This document shows positions 36,123 through 44,432 of a DNA stretch of 64,000 nt, piece after piece. The notes beneath the pieces were generated by a model. The model was not told where the DNA came from. It worked only from the letters and a program-made list of their open reading frames with translations, and ran no database searches. Position 1 is the first letter of the stretch. Each line of letters begins with the position of its first letter. Position numbers and translations under genes: made by a program. The DNA comes from an uncultured bacterium (lineage in GTDB: Bacteria; Armatimonadota; Abditibacteriia; Abditibacteriales; Abditibacteriaceae), in assembly GCA_963843795.1 (NCBI GenBank), contig CAWJLW010000006.1, positions 1,116,001 through 1,180,000 on the forward strand. The letters run 5' to 3'.

Positions 36123-37082
36123 ATGTTGATTTCTATTGATGAACACAATCAGGGCGCGCGCGCCGATGCATTTTTGGCTGCGCACTTGAATTTATCGCGC
36201 GCTGCGGCCAAGCAGCGCTTGAACGAAGCGACTCTTAATGGCGCGTCCTGCAAAGCTTCTCATACCTTGCGCGCCGGTGACGTATTGCAAGTGCCAGACG
36301 CAGAAACTGAAATTCTAACGATTGCGCCGCCCAACGAAACAGCGTTGCCGCCGATTTTATATGAAGATGAATATCTGCTGGTGATCAACAAACCGCGCGA
36401 TTTGATCGTGCACGAAGGTGCGGGCGCGCCACAGCTCACGTTGGTCGAACTGTTGCAAGCGCATGGACGCACGCTGTCGAGTGTCGGGCCGAGTGGGCGT
36501 GCGGGCATCGTACATCGTTTGGATAAAGGCACGACCGGTGCGATGGTGGTTTGCAAAGACAACGCGACTCACGAACAATTGGCGCTCGATTTCGCGCAGC
36601 GCACAGTGCGTAAAACTTATCGCGCCTTAGTTTGTGGCGTGCCCAAATTAACGCCGGGCGGTCGCGGTCGCATCGAAGCGCCAATTGCGCGCCATCGCGT
36701 GCAGCGCAAGAAAATGGCGGTTTCTCCCGAAGGTCGGCCTGCCGTCACCGAATATGAAATCGTGCGCGCGTGGTCGAAAATGGCTTTGTTAGACATTGAT
36801 CTGTTGACCGGTCGTACCCATCAAATCCGCGTGCATCTGGGTTATTTGGGCCATCCGGTTGCGGGCGATGCGAAATATGGCGGCCTGAAACGCGCTTTGG
36901 AAATCGCGCCCGATGAAGCTGTTAAAAACGCTCTGCAAGTACTTGCAGGTCAAGCCTTGCACGCTGCGCGCTTGGAATTTACCCATCCAATTACGCAAGA
37001 AACCATCAGTTGCGAAGCGCCGCTTCCACCCGATTTTCAATCCGTTGCGGATGCTTTGAACGAGGTGAGCGAGGACAAGTAA
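36123..37082 (+). CDS. RluA/RluD family pseudouridine synthase
   Basis: ILYEDEYLLVINKP, GIVHRLDKGTTG, TGRTHQIRVH, QALHA. Confidence 0.93.
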   Translation: MLISIDEHNQGARADAFLAAHLNLSRAAAKQRLNEATLNGASCKASHTLRAGDVLQVPDAETEILTIAPPNETALPPILYEDEYLLVINKPRDLIVHEGAGAPQLTLVELLQAHGRTLSSVGPSGRAGIVHRLDKGTTGAMVVCKDNATHEQLALDFAQRTVRKTYRALVCGVPKLTPGGRGRIEAPIARHRVQRKKMAVSPEGRPAVTEYEIVRAWSKMALLDIDLLTGRTHQIRVHLGYLGHPVAGDAKYGGLKRALEIAPDEAVKNALQVLAGQALHAARLEFTHPITQETISCEAPLPPDFQSVADALNEVSEDK

Positions 37083-37672
37083 TGATTGATGCGGAAGCAC
37101 AGTCGATTTTGCTGCCGGAATTGGAAAGCGATGAGCGCTTGTTGTGGGCATCCAAGCCCAGTTCGACGCGCGCGTTCGGGCGCAAATTACCAATGATGAT
37201 CTTCGGTGGTTGTTTCACCGCGTTTGCCATGTTTTGGGTGATGGGCGCGGCGTTTACAACGAGTATCGGGCGTGGCATGATGGGCGGCGGTCTGAGCGTA
37301 ATGTCCTATGTTTTTCCTTTGTTTGGCGTGCCTTTCATCGCGGTCGGCATTTACATCATGGCGCAGCCGTTTTTAGCGCGCCAGAAAGCGGCGAATGGCG
37401 CGTGCGGCCTGACCGATAAGCGCGCGATTATAATCGAAAATGGCGTGGTGCGCAGCGTAAAATCGTATGGGCGTCGCGACTTGCAACAAATTGAGCGCCG
37501 CGATCTCGGCGATGGCAGCAGCGATGTTATTTTCGCCCGCCAATATTATTCGCATCTCGATCACGACACTCATCAAACACGCAGCGGAACGACCGAAATT
37601 GGCTTTTTTGGCGTGCAAGATGGCCGCGAAGCCGAACGCATTCTGCGCGGCTTGGCGAATAGCAATCAATAG
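37082..37672 (+). CDS. membrane protein with bacterial PH-like C-terminal domain
   Basis: ELESDERLLWASKP, two TM helices, LTDKRAII; ATG overlaps the upstream TAA. Confidence 0.65.
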   Translation: MIDAEAQSILLPELESDERLLWASKPSSTRAFGRKLPMMIFGGCFTAFAMFWVMGAAFTTSIGRGMMGGGLSVMSYVFPLFGVPFIAVGIYIMAQPFLARQKAANGACGLTDKRAIIIENGVVRSVKSYGRRDLQQIERRDLGDGSSDVIFARQYYSHLDHDTHQTRSGTTEIGFFGVQDGREAERILRGLANSNQ

Positions 37673-37678
37673 TCGAAA

Positions 37679-38737
37679 ATGAAATTTGAAATTATTGCGC
37701 GCCGCGGAGCTGCGCGTGCGGGGCTTTTGCATTTGCCTCATGGAACCATTGAAACGCCGGTTTTTATGCCGGTGGGAACGCTGGCCAATGTAAAAACGAT
37801 GTGGCCGCGCGAACTGGAAGAAATTGGCGCACAAATTATTCTCAACAACGCTTTTCATCTACACCTGCGGCCCGGAAGTGAAATCGTTTCGCAGATGGGG
37901 GGCGTTCACGAGTTCCAAAATTGGAAGCGACCAATTCTCACCGATTCGGGCGGTTATCAGGTCTTTTCCCTCGCGAAAATCCGTAAAGTGACCGATGAAG
38001 GCGTGCATTTTCAATCGCCTATCGACGGCTCGCGCCATTTTTTTACACCCGAATCGACAATTGCATTGGAAGAAACGCTTGGCCCCGACATCGCGATGGT
38101 TTTAGACGACGTGGTCGCGCTGCCCGCGACTTACGACGACACGGCGCGCTCGATGCGGCGCAGCGTGGCGTGGGCACAACGCGCAGCCAGGGCAAGAAGT
38201 CGTGACGATCAGGCGGTTTTTGGCATTGTGCAGGGAGGTTTGCACCCAGATTTGCGCCGCGAATCGTGTCAGGCAACGACCGAGATCGGCTTTGATGGTT
38301 ACGCAATTGGCGGCTTGAGCGTCGGCGAAGGTTTCGATGAAATGGTGCCGATGATCGAAACTTGCACGCAGAATTTGCCAAAAGAAAAGCCGCGTTATCT
38401 GATGGGCGTCGGCACGCCGCGCGATTTACAAGCCGGCGTTGAGCGCGGTGTGGATATGTTCGATTGCGTGTATCCGACGCGACTGGCGCGCCATTATACG
38501 GCGCTCACGAGCGCGGGCAAATTAAATATGCTGAACGCGCGGTTCAAGACAGATGCACTTCCGTTAGATGAAGAATGCGCGTGCTACGTGTGCCAGAATT
38601 TTACGCGTTCGTATGTGCATCATCTGGCGCGTTGTCGCGAGATTAACGCGGGGCGCTTGTTAAGCTATCATAATCTGGCATATTATCTGGAATTGATGCG
38701 GCAAATGCGGCGCGAAATTATCGAAAACGCAGATTAA
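37679..38737 (+). CDS. tgt: tRNA-guanine transglycosylase
   Basis: TPVFMPVGT, TDSGGYQVFSL, GIVQGG, GGLSVGE, PRYLMGVG, DMFDCVYPTR, CACYVC...H zinc site. Confidence 0.96.
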   Translation: MKFEIIARRGAARAGLLHLPHGTIETPVFMPVGTLANVKTMWPRELEEIGAQIILNNAFHLHLRPGSEIVSQMGGVHEFQNWKRPILTDSGGYQVFSLAKIRKVTDEGVHFQSPIDGSRHFFTPESTIALEETLGPDIAMVLDDVVALPATYDDTARSMRRSVAWAQRAARARSRDDQAVFGIVQGGLHPDLRRESCQATTEIGFDGYAIGGLSVGEGFDEMVPMIETCTQNLPKEKPRYLMGVGTPRDLQAGVERGVDMFDCVYPTRLARHYTALTSAGKLNMLNARFKTDALPLDEECACYVCQNFTRSYVHHLARCREINAGRLLSYHNLAYYLELMRQMRREIIENAD

Positions 38738-38943
38738 TGCGCGTGGCAGATACCTGCAGGAACAATTTGCGGCGAAAAATTGCTAAGTTAGCGATTTCTG
38801 TGGCAAGCAACGGTGCTTATCGGTTAGAATTTGAATGACTTTTGCAGTCTGAAATTTAAGTGACATTCAATCTAAAAATAATTATTCACGGCGCGCCACG
38901 AAGCTTTATCAAGCTGGGTGCGATTTAAGGGAAGGTTTCGAGT

Positions 38944-40035
38944 ATGGCAATGGGACGGGGCGGCGGATACGCGTCGATTAAAGTGATCGGAGTGGGCGGC
39001 GGCGGCGGCAACGCGGTCAATCGCATGATCGAATCGGGTTTGTCGGGCGTCGAATTTATCGTCGTCAACACCGATCAACAAGCACTGGAACTTTCACAGG
39101 CCGATAAAAAAATTCAAGTCGGAACTACTGTCACCTCCGGCCTGGGTGCTGGTGGAAATCCCGAAGTCGGACATCGTGCCGCTGAAGAATCGCGCGATGA
39201 ACTGATTGATGCGGTGGCCAAAGCCGATCTCATTTTCATCACTGCGGGCATGGGTGGCGGAACTGGAACCGGAGCCGCGCCTGTGGTAGCCGATATCGCC
39301 AAACAATCGGGTGCGTTGACAGTTGGCGTTGTCACCAAGCCGTTTTCGTTTGAAGGTGGGCAGCGTAAGAATAACGCAGAAATTGGTGTTGAGAAGTTGC
39401 GTAACGCAGTCGATTCGTTCATCGTCGTGCCCAACGACAAACTGCTCGAAGTGATGCAGAAAAGTGCGCGCATCCGCGAAGCATTCTCGCAAGCCGACGA
39501 CGTTTTGCGTCAGGGCGTGCAGGGCATCGCCGACTTAATCACGATTCCCGGCATCGTCAACTTGGACTTCATGGACGTGCGCTCGGTTATCGCTGATGCG
39601 GGTACGGCTTTGATGGGAATTGGGGTCGGTGAAGGCGACCGTCGCGCTGCCGATGCGGCCAACATGGCGATTTCCAGTCCGTTCTTAGAGCGTCCGATTT
39701 CGGGTGCGCGCAAGCTGTTGATCAACGTCACGGCGGGCGATGATTTGGCGATTGGTGAAGTCGAAGAAATGGTCAAGCTGGTGCGCGAAGCTGCCGATGT
39801 TGACGAAAGTAACGTGTTCTGGGGCTTGGTTTTCAACCCGAACATGGAAGACAAAGTTTCGGTCACGGTTGTCGCAACCGGCTTTGACAAGCCCGTACAA
39901 ACCACCAGTTTGGGTGTCGGTTTGCCGACAGCCGGGCAGGGCAGCAGCACCAATCCGGCCCCAGCGCGCCCCTCGGCGCCTAAAATGCCAGACGTCGATA
40001 TTGATGTGCCGTCGTTCCTGCGTCGCGGTTCGTGA
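38944..40035 (+). CDS. ftsZ: cell division protein FtsZ
   Basis: [38 protein letters not shown]-terminal DVPSFLRR. Confidence 0.97.
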   Translation: MAMGRGGGYASIKVIGVGGGGGNAVNRMIESGLSGVEFIVVNTDQQALELSQADKKIQVGTTVTSGLGAGGNPEVGHRAAEESRDELIDAVAKADLIFITAGMGGGTGTGAAPVVADIAKQSGALTVGVVTKPFSFEGGQRKNNAEIGVEKLRNAVDSFIVVPNDKLLEVMQKSARIREAFSQADDVLRQGVQGIADLITIPGIVNLDFMDVRSVIADAGTALMGIGVGEGDRRAADAANMAISSPFLERPISGARKLLINVTAGDDLAIGEVEEMVKLVREAADVDESNVFWGLVFNPNMEDKVSVTVVATGFDKPVQTTSLGVGLPTAGQGSSTNPAPARPSAPKMPDVDIDVPSFLRRGS

Positions 40036-40052
40036 GCGCGTAGTAAAATCGT

Positions 40053-40085
40053 GATGCAAGTACTTGCACTGCAAGTACTTGCATC
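40053..40085. terminator. tandem double copy of the iterated palindrome followed by a T tract
   Basis: GATGCAAGTACTTGCA-C-TGCAAGTACTTGCATC then TTTTTTT. Confidence 0.8.
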
Positions 40086-40111
40086 TTTTTTTGTGTTGTG
40101 AAAACAAAATT

Positions 40112-41236
40112 ATGGCTCATCGGCCTTCATTTACTCTGGGCATTGAAGAAGAATTTCAGATCGTCGATCCCTATACGCGCGAACTGAAGTCTTCGGCCAA
40201 AGCCATTGTTCCAGCTGCGCAGCAAGAAGTTGGCGAAGCGGCCACCAATGAGTTGATGCAGTCGCAAATCGAAACCGGCACGCCAGTTTGCGAAAACTTG
40301 GCGCAGGCGCGCGAGGAAATTAAGCGTTTGCGTCGCGGAGTTATCGAAGCTGCTGAAGCCAACGGTGCGGCAATTGTCGCGGCCAGCACGCATCCGTTTT
40401 CGCTGTGGAAAAATCAAAGTGTCACGCCCAAAGAACGCTATCTCGATATGTCCGAAAATTACGGACAATTGGCTGATGAACTGATGATTTGCGGCTGCCA
40501 CGTTCATGTTGGTATCGGCGACCGGGAACTGTCGATTGCGCTAATGAATCGCGCACGTTCGTGGATGCCATTAGTGTTGGCGCTTACCGCCAATTCGCCG
40601 TTCTGGGAAGGCCGCGACACCCGCTATGCGTCGTTTCGCATGGAAATCTGGCGACGCTGGCCGCAGTCGGGCAGTCCACAGCCGTTTGCCAACCGCGCCG
40701 AATACGATTCTCTGGTGCGCACTTTAATTAAAACTGGCGCAATTTCTGACGAGACGAAAATCTACTGGGATATTCGTCCTGCCGACCGATTCGACACGCT
40801 GGAATTTCGCATCGCCGATGTTTCGACCGAAATCGAAAATACTGTTCTCAATGCCGCTTTGTGCCGCGCCATCGCACAAACCGCGTATGCGGACGAAATG
40901 CGCGACCGTGAACGCGGAGCGGTCTTTGTGCCCGCGCGCGATGAACTGATGCGGGCCGCAACGTGGCGCGCGGCGCGTTATGGTTTGAGCGAGAAACTGA
41001 TTGATGTCCAGCACGGCGAAACCGTAGCAGCACACGATCTGGTGGCGCGTTTTTTGAAATGGATTCGTCCTGCGCTGGAAGAAAATTACGAATGGGACGA
41101 AGTTTCGGGCCGCGTCGAAACGATTTTGCGCGAAGGCAATGGCGCGGTGAAACAGCGCGCAATCTGGGAAAAAAGTGGCGATATGAAAGCTGTTGTCGAT
41201 GATCTCATCGCACGGACGAAGCGTGGTCTTCATTGA
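40112..41236 (+). CDS. carboxylate-amine ligase (GCS2/YbdK family)
   Basis: FTLGIEEEFQIVD, THPF, GCHVHVG, ANSPFW, YWDIRP, TLEFRIAD, WRAARYGL. Confidence 0.92.
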   Translation: MAHRPSFTLGIEEEFQIVDPYTRELKSSAKAIVPAAQQEVGEAATNELMQSQIETGTPVCENLAQAREEIKRLRRGVIEAAEANGAAIVAASTHPFSLWKNQSVTPKERYLDMSENYGQLADELMICGCHVHVGIGDRELSIALMNRARSWMPLVLALTANSPFWEGRDTRYASFRMEIWRRWPQSGSPQPFANRAEYDSLVRTLIKTGAISDETKIYWDIRPADRFDTLEFRIADVSTEIENTVLNAALCRAIAQTAYADEMRDRERGAVFVPARDELMRAATWRAARYGLSEKLIDVQHGETVAAHDLVARFLKWIRPALEENYEWDEVSGRVETILREGNGAVKQRAIWEKSGDMKAVVDDLIARTKRGLH

Positions 41237-41312
41237 AAGCTGCCCTGCAAGTACTTGCAAAGGCAAACTGATGGAAGTTGTGCTGAAAATTTATATTTGA
41301 ACTCAAGAAATT

Positions 41313-42011
41313 ATGCTGATTGGAATCACCACCTCGCATTTTCACATGCCCGACGATGAAGATAATTTGTGGCGCATGAGGCGCTATTGCGATGCGATTG
41401 AATCCGCAGGCGGCACGGCAGAATGGCTCTGGATTCCTCACGACGCCAATTATCGCCAACACGCCGAAGCCGCGGCGCAGCACTGCGACGGTTTACTGGT
41501 TCCTGGCGGCGCCGATTTGCCTCCGCAATTGTATGGCGCTGAACTGCTCGAAAACGCTAACGTAGAATTGGTGCAAACTGAGCGACCATTATGGGAAACG
41601 CCGCTGTGCGAAGCCTTTGCGCGCATGGATAAGCCAATTCTGGGCATTTGTTACGGTGCCCAATTTTTGAACGTGTGGCGCGGCGGCACGCTGATTCAGG
41701 ATATTCCCACTCAGTGGCCCAATCATATCGAGCATTCGGGTGTGCGCCACGGCGTTCATCTGCCCGCAGGTTCCGATCTGGCGAAAATTATCGGCGCCGA
41801 TGAATTTATCGTCGATTCTGCACATCATCAAGCGATTGAGAAAGTTGCTCCAGATGGAAAATTGATTGCAACTGCGCCCGATGGCGTGGTGGAAGCCATC
41901 GAGTGGACGGATGAAAAATGGATGTTCGGCGTGCAATGGCATCCCGAACGTTATCCTGAAAGCGTGGCGACGCAGCGTTTATTTGAAGCGTTCGTGCACG
42001 GACGAAAATAA
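41313..42011 (+). CDS. peptidase C26 / gamma-glutamyl-gamma-aminobutyrate hydrolase family
   Basis: DGLLVPGGAD, PILGICYGAQ, SAHHQAI, GVQWHPE. Confidence 0.9.
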   Translation: MLIGITTSHFHMPDDEDNLWRMRRYCDAIESAGGTAEWLWIPHDANYRQHAEAAAQHCDGLLVPGGADLPPQLYGAELLENANVELVQTERPLWETPLCEAFARMDKPILGICYGAQFLNVWRGGTLIQDIPTQWPNHIEHSGVRHGVHLPAGSDLAKIIGADEFIVDSAHHQAIEKVAPDGKLIATAPDGVVEAIEWTDEKWMFGVQWHPERYPESVATQRLFEAFVHGRK

Positions 42012-42054
42012 CGCCCTGCAAATACTCGCTTCTACTTGCAGTGCAAGATTTGAT

Positions 42055-42921
42055 ATGAAAGCAGTACAGTTTTTAGGACGCGCAACGGGTGTGACATTTG
42101 GCGCGATGGTAGCGTGGTCGTTGGTCGAGCCGCATCGCGTCGCGGTGCGCGCTTTCGATGTCGTGCTGCCCGATTTACCGGCGGATGCCGACGGATTGCG
42201 CGTATTGCAAGTGTCGGATTTGCACGTTTCCGCGATGACTTCAGCGCGTTTTTTAGCGCGCGCCATTAAAACTTGCAACGACTTGAAGCCCGATATCGTG
42301 GCTTTAACCGGCGATTTCGTGTCGCGACGCAATTCTTATCTGGGACCGAGCGGCGCGCGCATCTGGGCGCGCCCCATTATGGATTACGCGCACGAAATGG
42401 CGCGCGAGCTTTCCAAAATTCAGGCTCGCCTGGGCATCTTTGCGGTTCCGGGCAATCACGATCATGCGCGCGACAACAGCGCGGCGATTAGCGATTTGCT
42501 GGAAAAAAACGGCGTGCAGGTTTTGTTCAATCGTAACACGCGTTTGGTGGACTGCGGGAATTTGGCGATTATTGGCGTTGATGATTTGCGCGCTGGCAAT
42601 CCCGATTACGAGAGCGCTTTTGAAGGTGTATCGCGCCAGGAAGCCCAGATCATTCTGGCGCATAATCCGCGCGTGATAGAAATGATGCGCGGGCGCAATG
42701 CCTTGTTGCTGAGCGGCCACACGCATGGCGGGCAGATTCATTTGCCGCTGACCAGCTTTCGCCGTCGGCCCAGCGATATGCACGGTTCACCCTGGTTCGC
42801 GGGCTGGTATCGCCAAAATCGCACGCAAATGTATGTATCGAGTGGTTTGGGCAGCGTGCATTTTCCGGCGCGCCTGCGCTGTCCGCCCGAAATCGTCGTG
42901 TTCACCTTGCGGCGCGCGTGA
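42055..42921 (+). CDS. metallophosphoesterase (YkuE-like)
   Basis: SDLH, TGDF, GNHD, HNP, GHTHGGQ, SSGLG...RLRCPPE. Confidence 0.9.
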   Translation: MKAVQFLGRATGVTFGAMVAWSLVEPHRVAVRAFDVVLPDLPADADGLRVLQVSDLHVSAMTSARFLARAIKTCNDLKPDIVALTGDFVSRRNSYLGPSGARIWARPIMDYAHEMARELSKIQARLGIFAVPGNHDHARDNSAAISDLLEKNGVQVLFNRNTRLVDCGNLAIIGVDDLRAGNPDYESAFEGVSRQEAQIILAHNPRVIEMMRGRNALLLSGHTHGGQIHLPLTSFRRRPSDMHGSPWFAGWYRQNRTQMYVSSGLGSVHFPARLRCPPEIVVFTLRRA

Positions 42922-42932
42922 CACAATTTGAA

Positions 42933-42962
42933 AATGACTCGGCACGTGCGTGCCGAGTCATT
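42933..42962. repeat. 30-bp palindrome with 2-nt spacer
   Basis: AATGACTCGGCACG-TG-CGTGCCGAGTCATT. Confidence 0.7.
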
Positions 42963-43032
42963 AAGTTAAAGATGCGATTTTGGCAGAGAACATTTCACTT
43001 TCCGAATTGTAATTTCTAAATTCCAAATAATT

Positions 43033-43605
43033 ATGGTTTTATCCGATGTCGATTTATTGAAAGCGCTCGAATCCGGCGATATTGGCGTTGCGCCATTTCC
43101 GGATATGGAATCGCAACTGGGCGCGTGTTCGCTCGATTTACGTTTAGGCGACGAATTTCGCGTTTTCGAGCGCGCGCGCACCGCATTTATCGACCCTCGT
43201 GGGCCCATTGATTGGGATTCGTTCACTCAGGTCGTCAAGGTGCCTTTCGACCAGCCGTTTATCATGCACCCGCAAGAATTAGTGTTGGCGGCAACAATTG
43301 AGGAAGTGCGTTTAGGCGACGATGTGCTGGGACGTTTGGAAGGTCGTTCTTCGTTAGGACGTTTGGGAATTATTGTGCATGGTACGGCGCCTTTGTTTTA
43401 TCCGGGCTTTATCGGGCGCGCAGTAATGGAGCTGGGGAACATCGGGCCGATGCCGGTCGCACTATATCCGGGAATGCGCATTTGCTCGTTCACGTTCGAG
43501 CGTTTGTCATCGCCATCGAGCCGCCCTTATCGCGGCAAATATAGCGGTCAGCAAGGGCCAATTGGTTCCAAGTTACAGCGCGATGAAGAAATGAAAAACG
43601 ATTGA
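43033..43605 (+). CDS. dcd: dCTP deaminase
   Basis: MVLSDVD, SLDLRLG, EGRSSLGRLGI, PGFIG...ELGN, YPGMRIC, KYSGQ. Confidence 0.92.
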   Translation: MVLSDVDLLKALESGDIGVAPFPDMESQLGACSLDLRLGDEFRVFERARTAFIDPRGPIDWDSFTQVVKVPFDQPFIMHPQELVLAATIEEVRLGDDVLGRLEGRSSLGRLGIIVHGTAPLFYPGFIGRAVMELGNIGPMPVALYPGMRICSFTFERLSSPSSRPYRGKYSGQQGPIGSKLQRDEEMKND

Positions 43606-43626
43606 AAGCGAAGCCCATAACGACAG

Positions 43627-43660
43627 AAAAGCCTCCTGCAAGTACTTGCAGGAGGCTTTT
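43627..43660. terminator. 34-bp perfect palindrome centred on the iterated motif, between convergent genes
   Basis: AAAAGCCTCCTGCAAGT|ACTTGCAGGAGGCTTTT. Confidence 0.82.
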
Positions 43661-43673
43661 GGTTGGGTTGCGG

Positions 43674-44318
43674 TTAATTTAAAGTGCCGCGCATAATCGA
43701 TTCGATTTTGGCAGCGAGCTGTTGAGCTTTTTCTGTTGTGTGGCCGGTTTGCGCATACGCAATTTTGCCGTCGCGTCCAATGACCAAAGATAATGGATAG
43801 GTTTCAATGCCGGTTTGATTTTTCACCTTGCGGTCGGTATCAAATCCTGCCGGATAAGTAATTTTGTGATCTTTAATCCATGCTTTAACTGCGTCCCATT
43901 TCAATTCCGGGTTGGATGGATCGGTGAGCAAACCGGGCGATTGCAGAGTGATAATTTGCAAACCATGCGGGCCGTATTCATTTTTCATGGCTTCGATAAA
44001 AGGCACCGCTTCTTCGCAATGCGGGCAACCGATGCGAAAAAATTCTAGCAGCGTGACGCGGTTTTTCAGATCAGCCGGTGTCAGCGGCTTTTCGGTATTC
44101 GTCCATAAATTAGCGGGAATGTTCCATGTGGGTGGAGCTTGACCGATGAGCGACGCAATTTTCGGTTCGAGAGTCGGCGTGGGAACCGGCTCGCCGGGCG
44201 CGGTCGTTGAAGTCGGCTGTGCTTCGGGATTAGCAATAGGCGGTTTGTTTTGCGTGGCCGCAAAGCCAGCAAAGCCAGCCAGCAAAAGTGCGATTACGCC
44301 GATTTTCCATTTTTCCAT
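43674..44318 (-). CDS. membrane-anchored TlpA/ResA-like thiol-disulfide oxidoreductase
   Basis: N-terminal TM, LLEFFRIGCPHC, YP...IGRDGKI. Confidence 0.85.
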   Translation of the reverse strand: MEKWKIGVIALLLAGFAGFAATQNKPPIANPEAQPTSTTAPGEPVPTPTLEPKIASLIGQAPPTWNIPANLWTNTEKPLTPADLKNRVTLLEFFRIGCPHCEEAVPFIEAMKNEYGPHGLQIITLQSPGLLTDPSNPELKWDAVKAWIKDHKITYPAGFDTDRKVKNQTGIETYPLSLVIGRDGKIAYAQTGHTTEKAQQLAAKIESIMRGTLN

Positions 44319-44432
44319 AGTGATTATTTTAAACGATTTTGACGTACTTGCGTTGCGCTGTTTCCATTCATTCTCATTAGCTATGTAGCAGTTTCTTTCA
44401 GCACGTACTGGCTAAAAGTTTTCAGAATTTTC

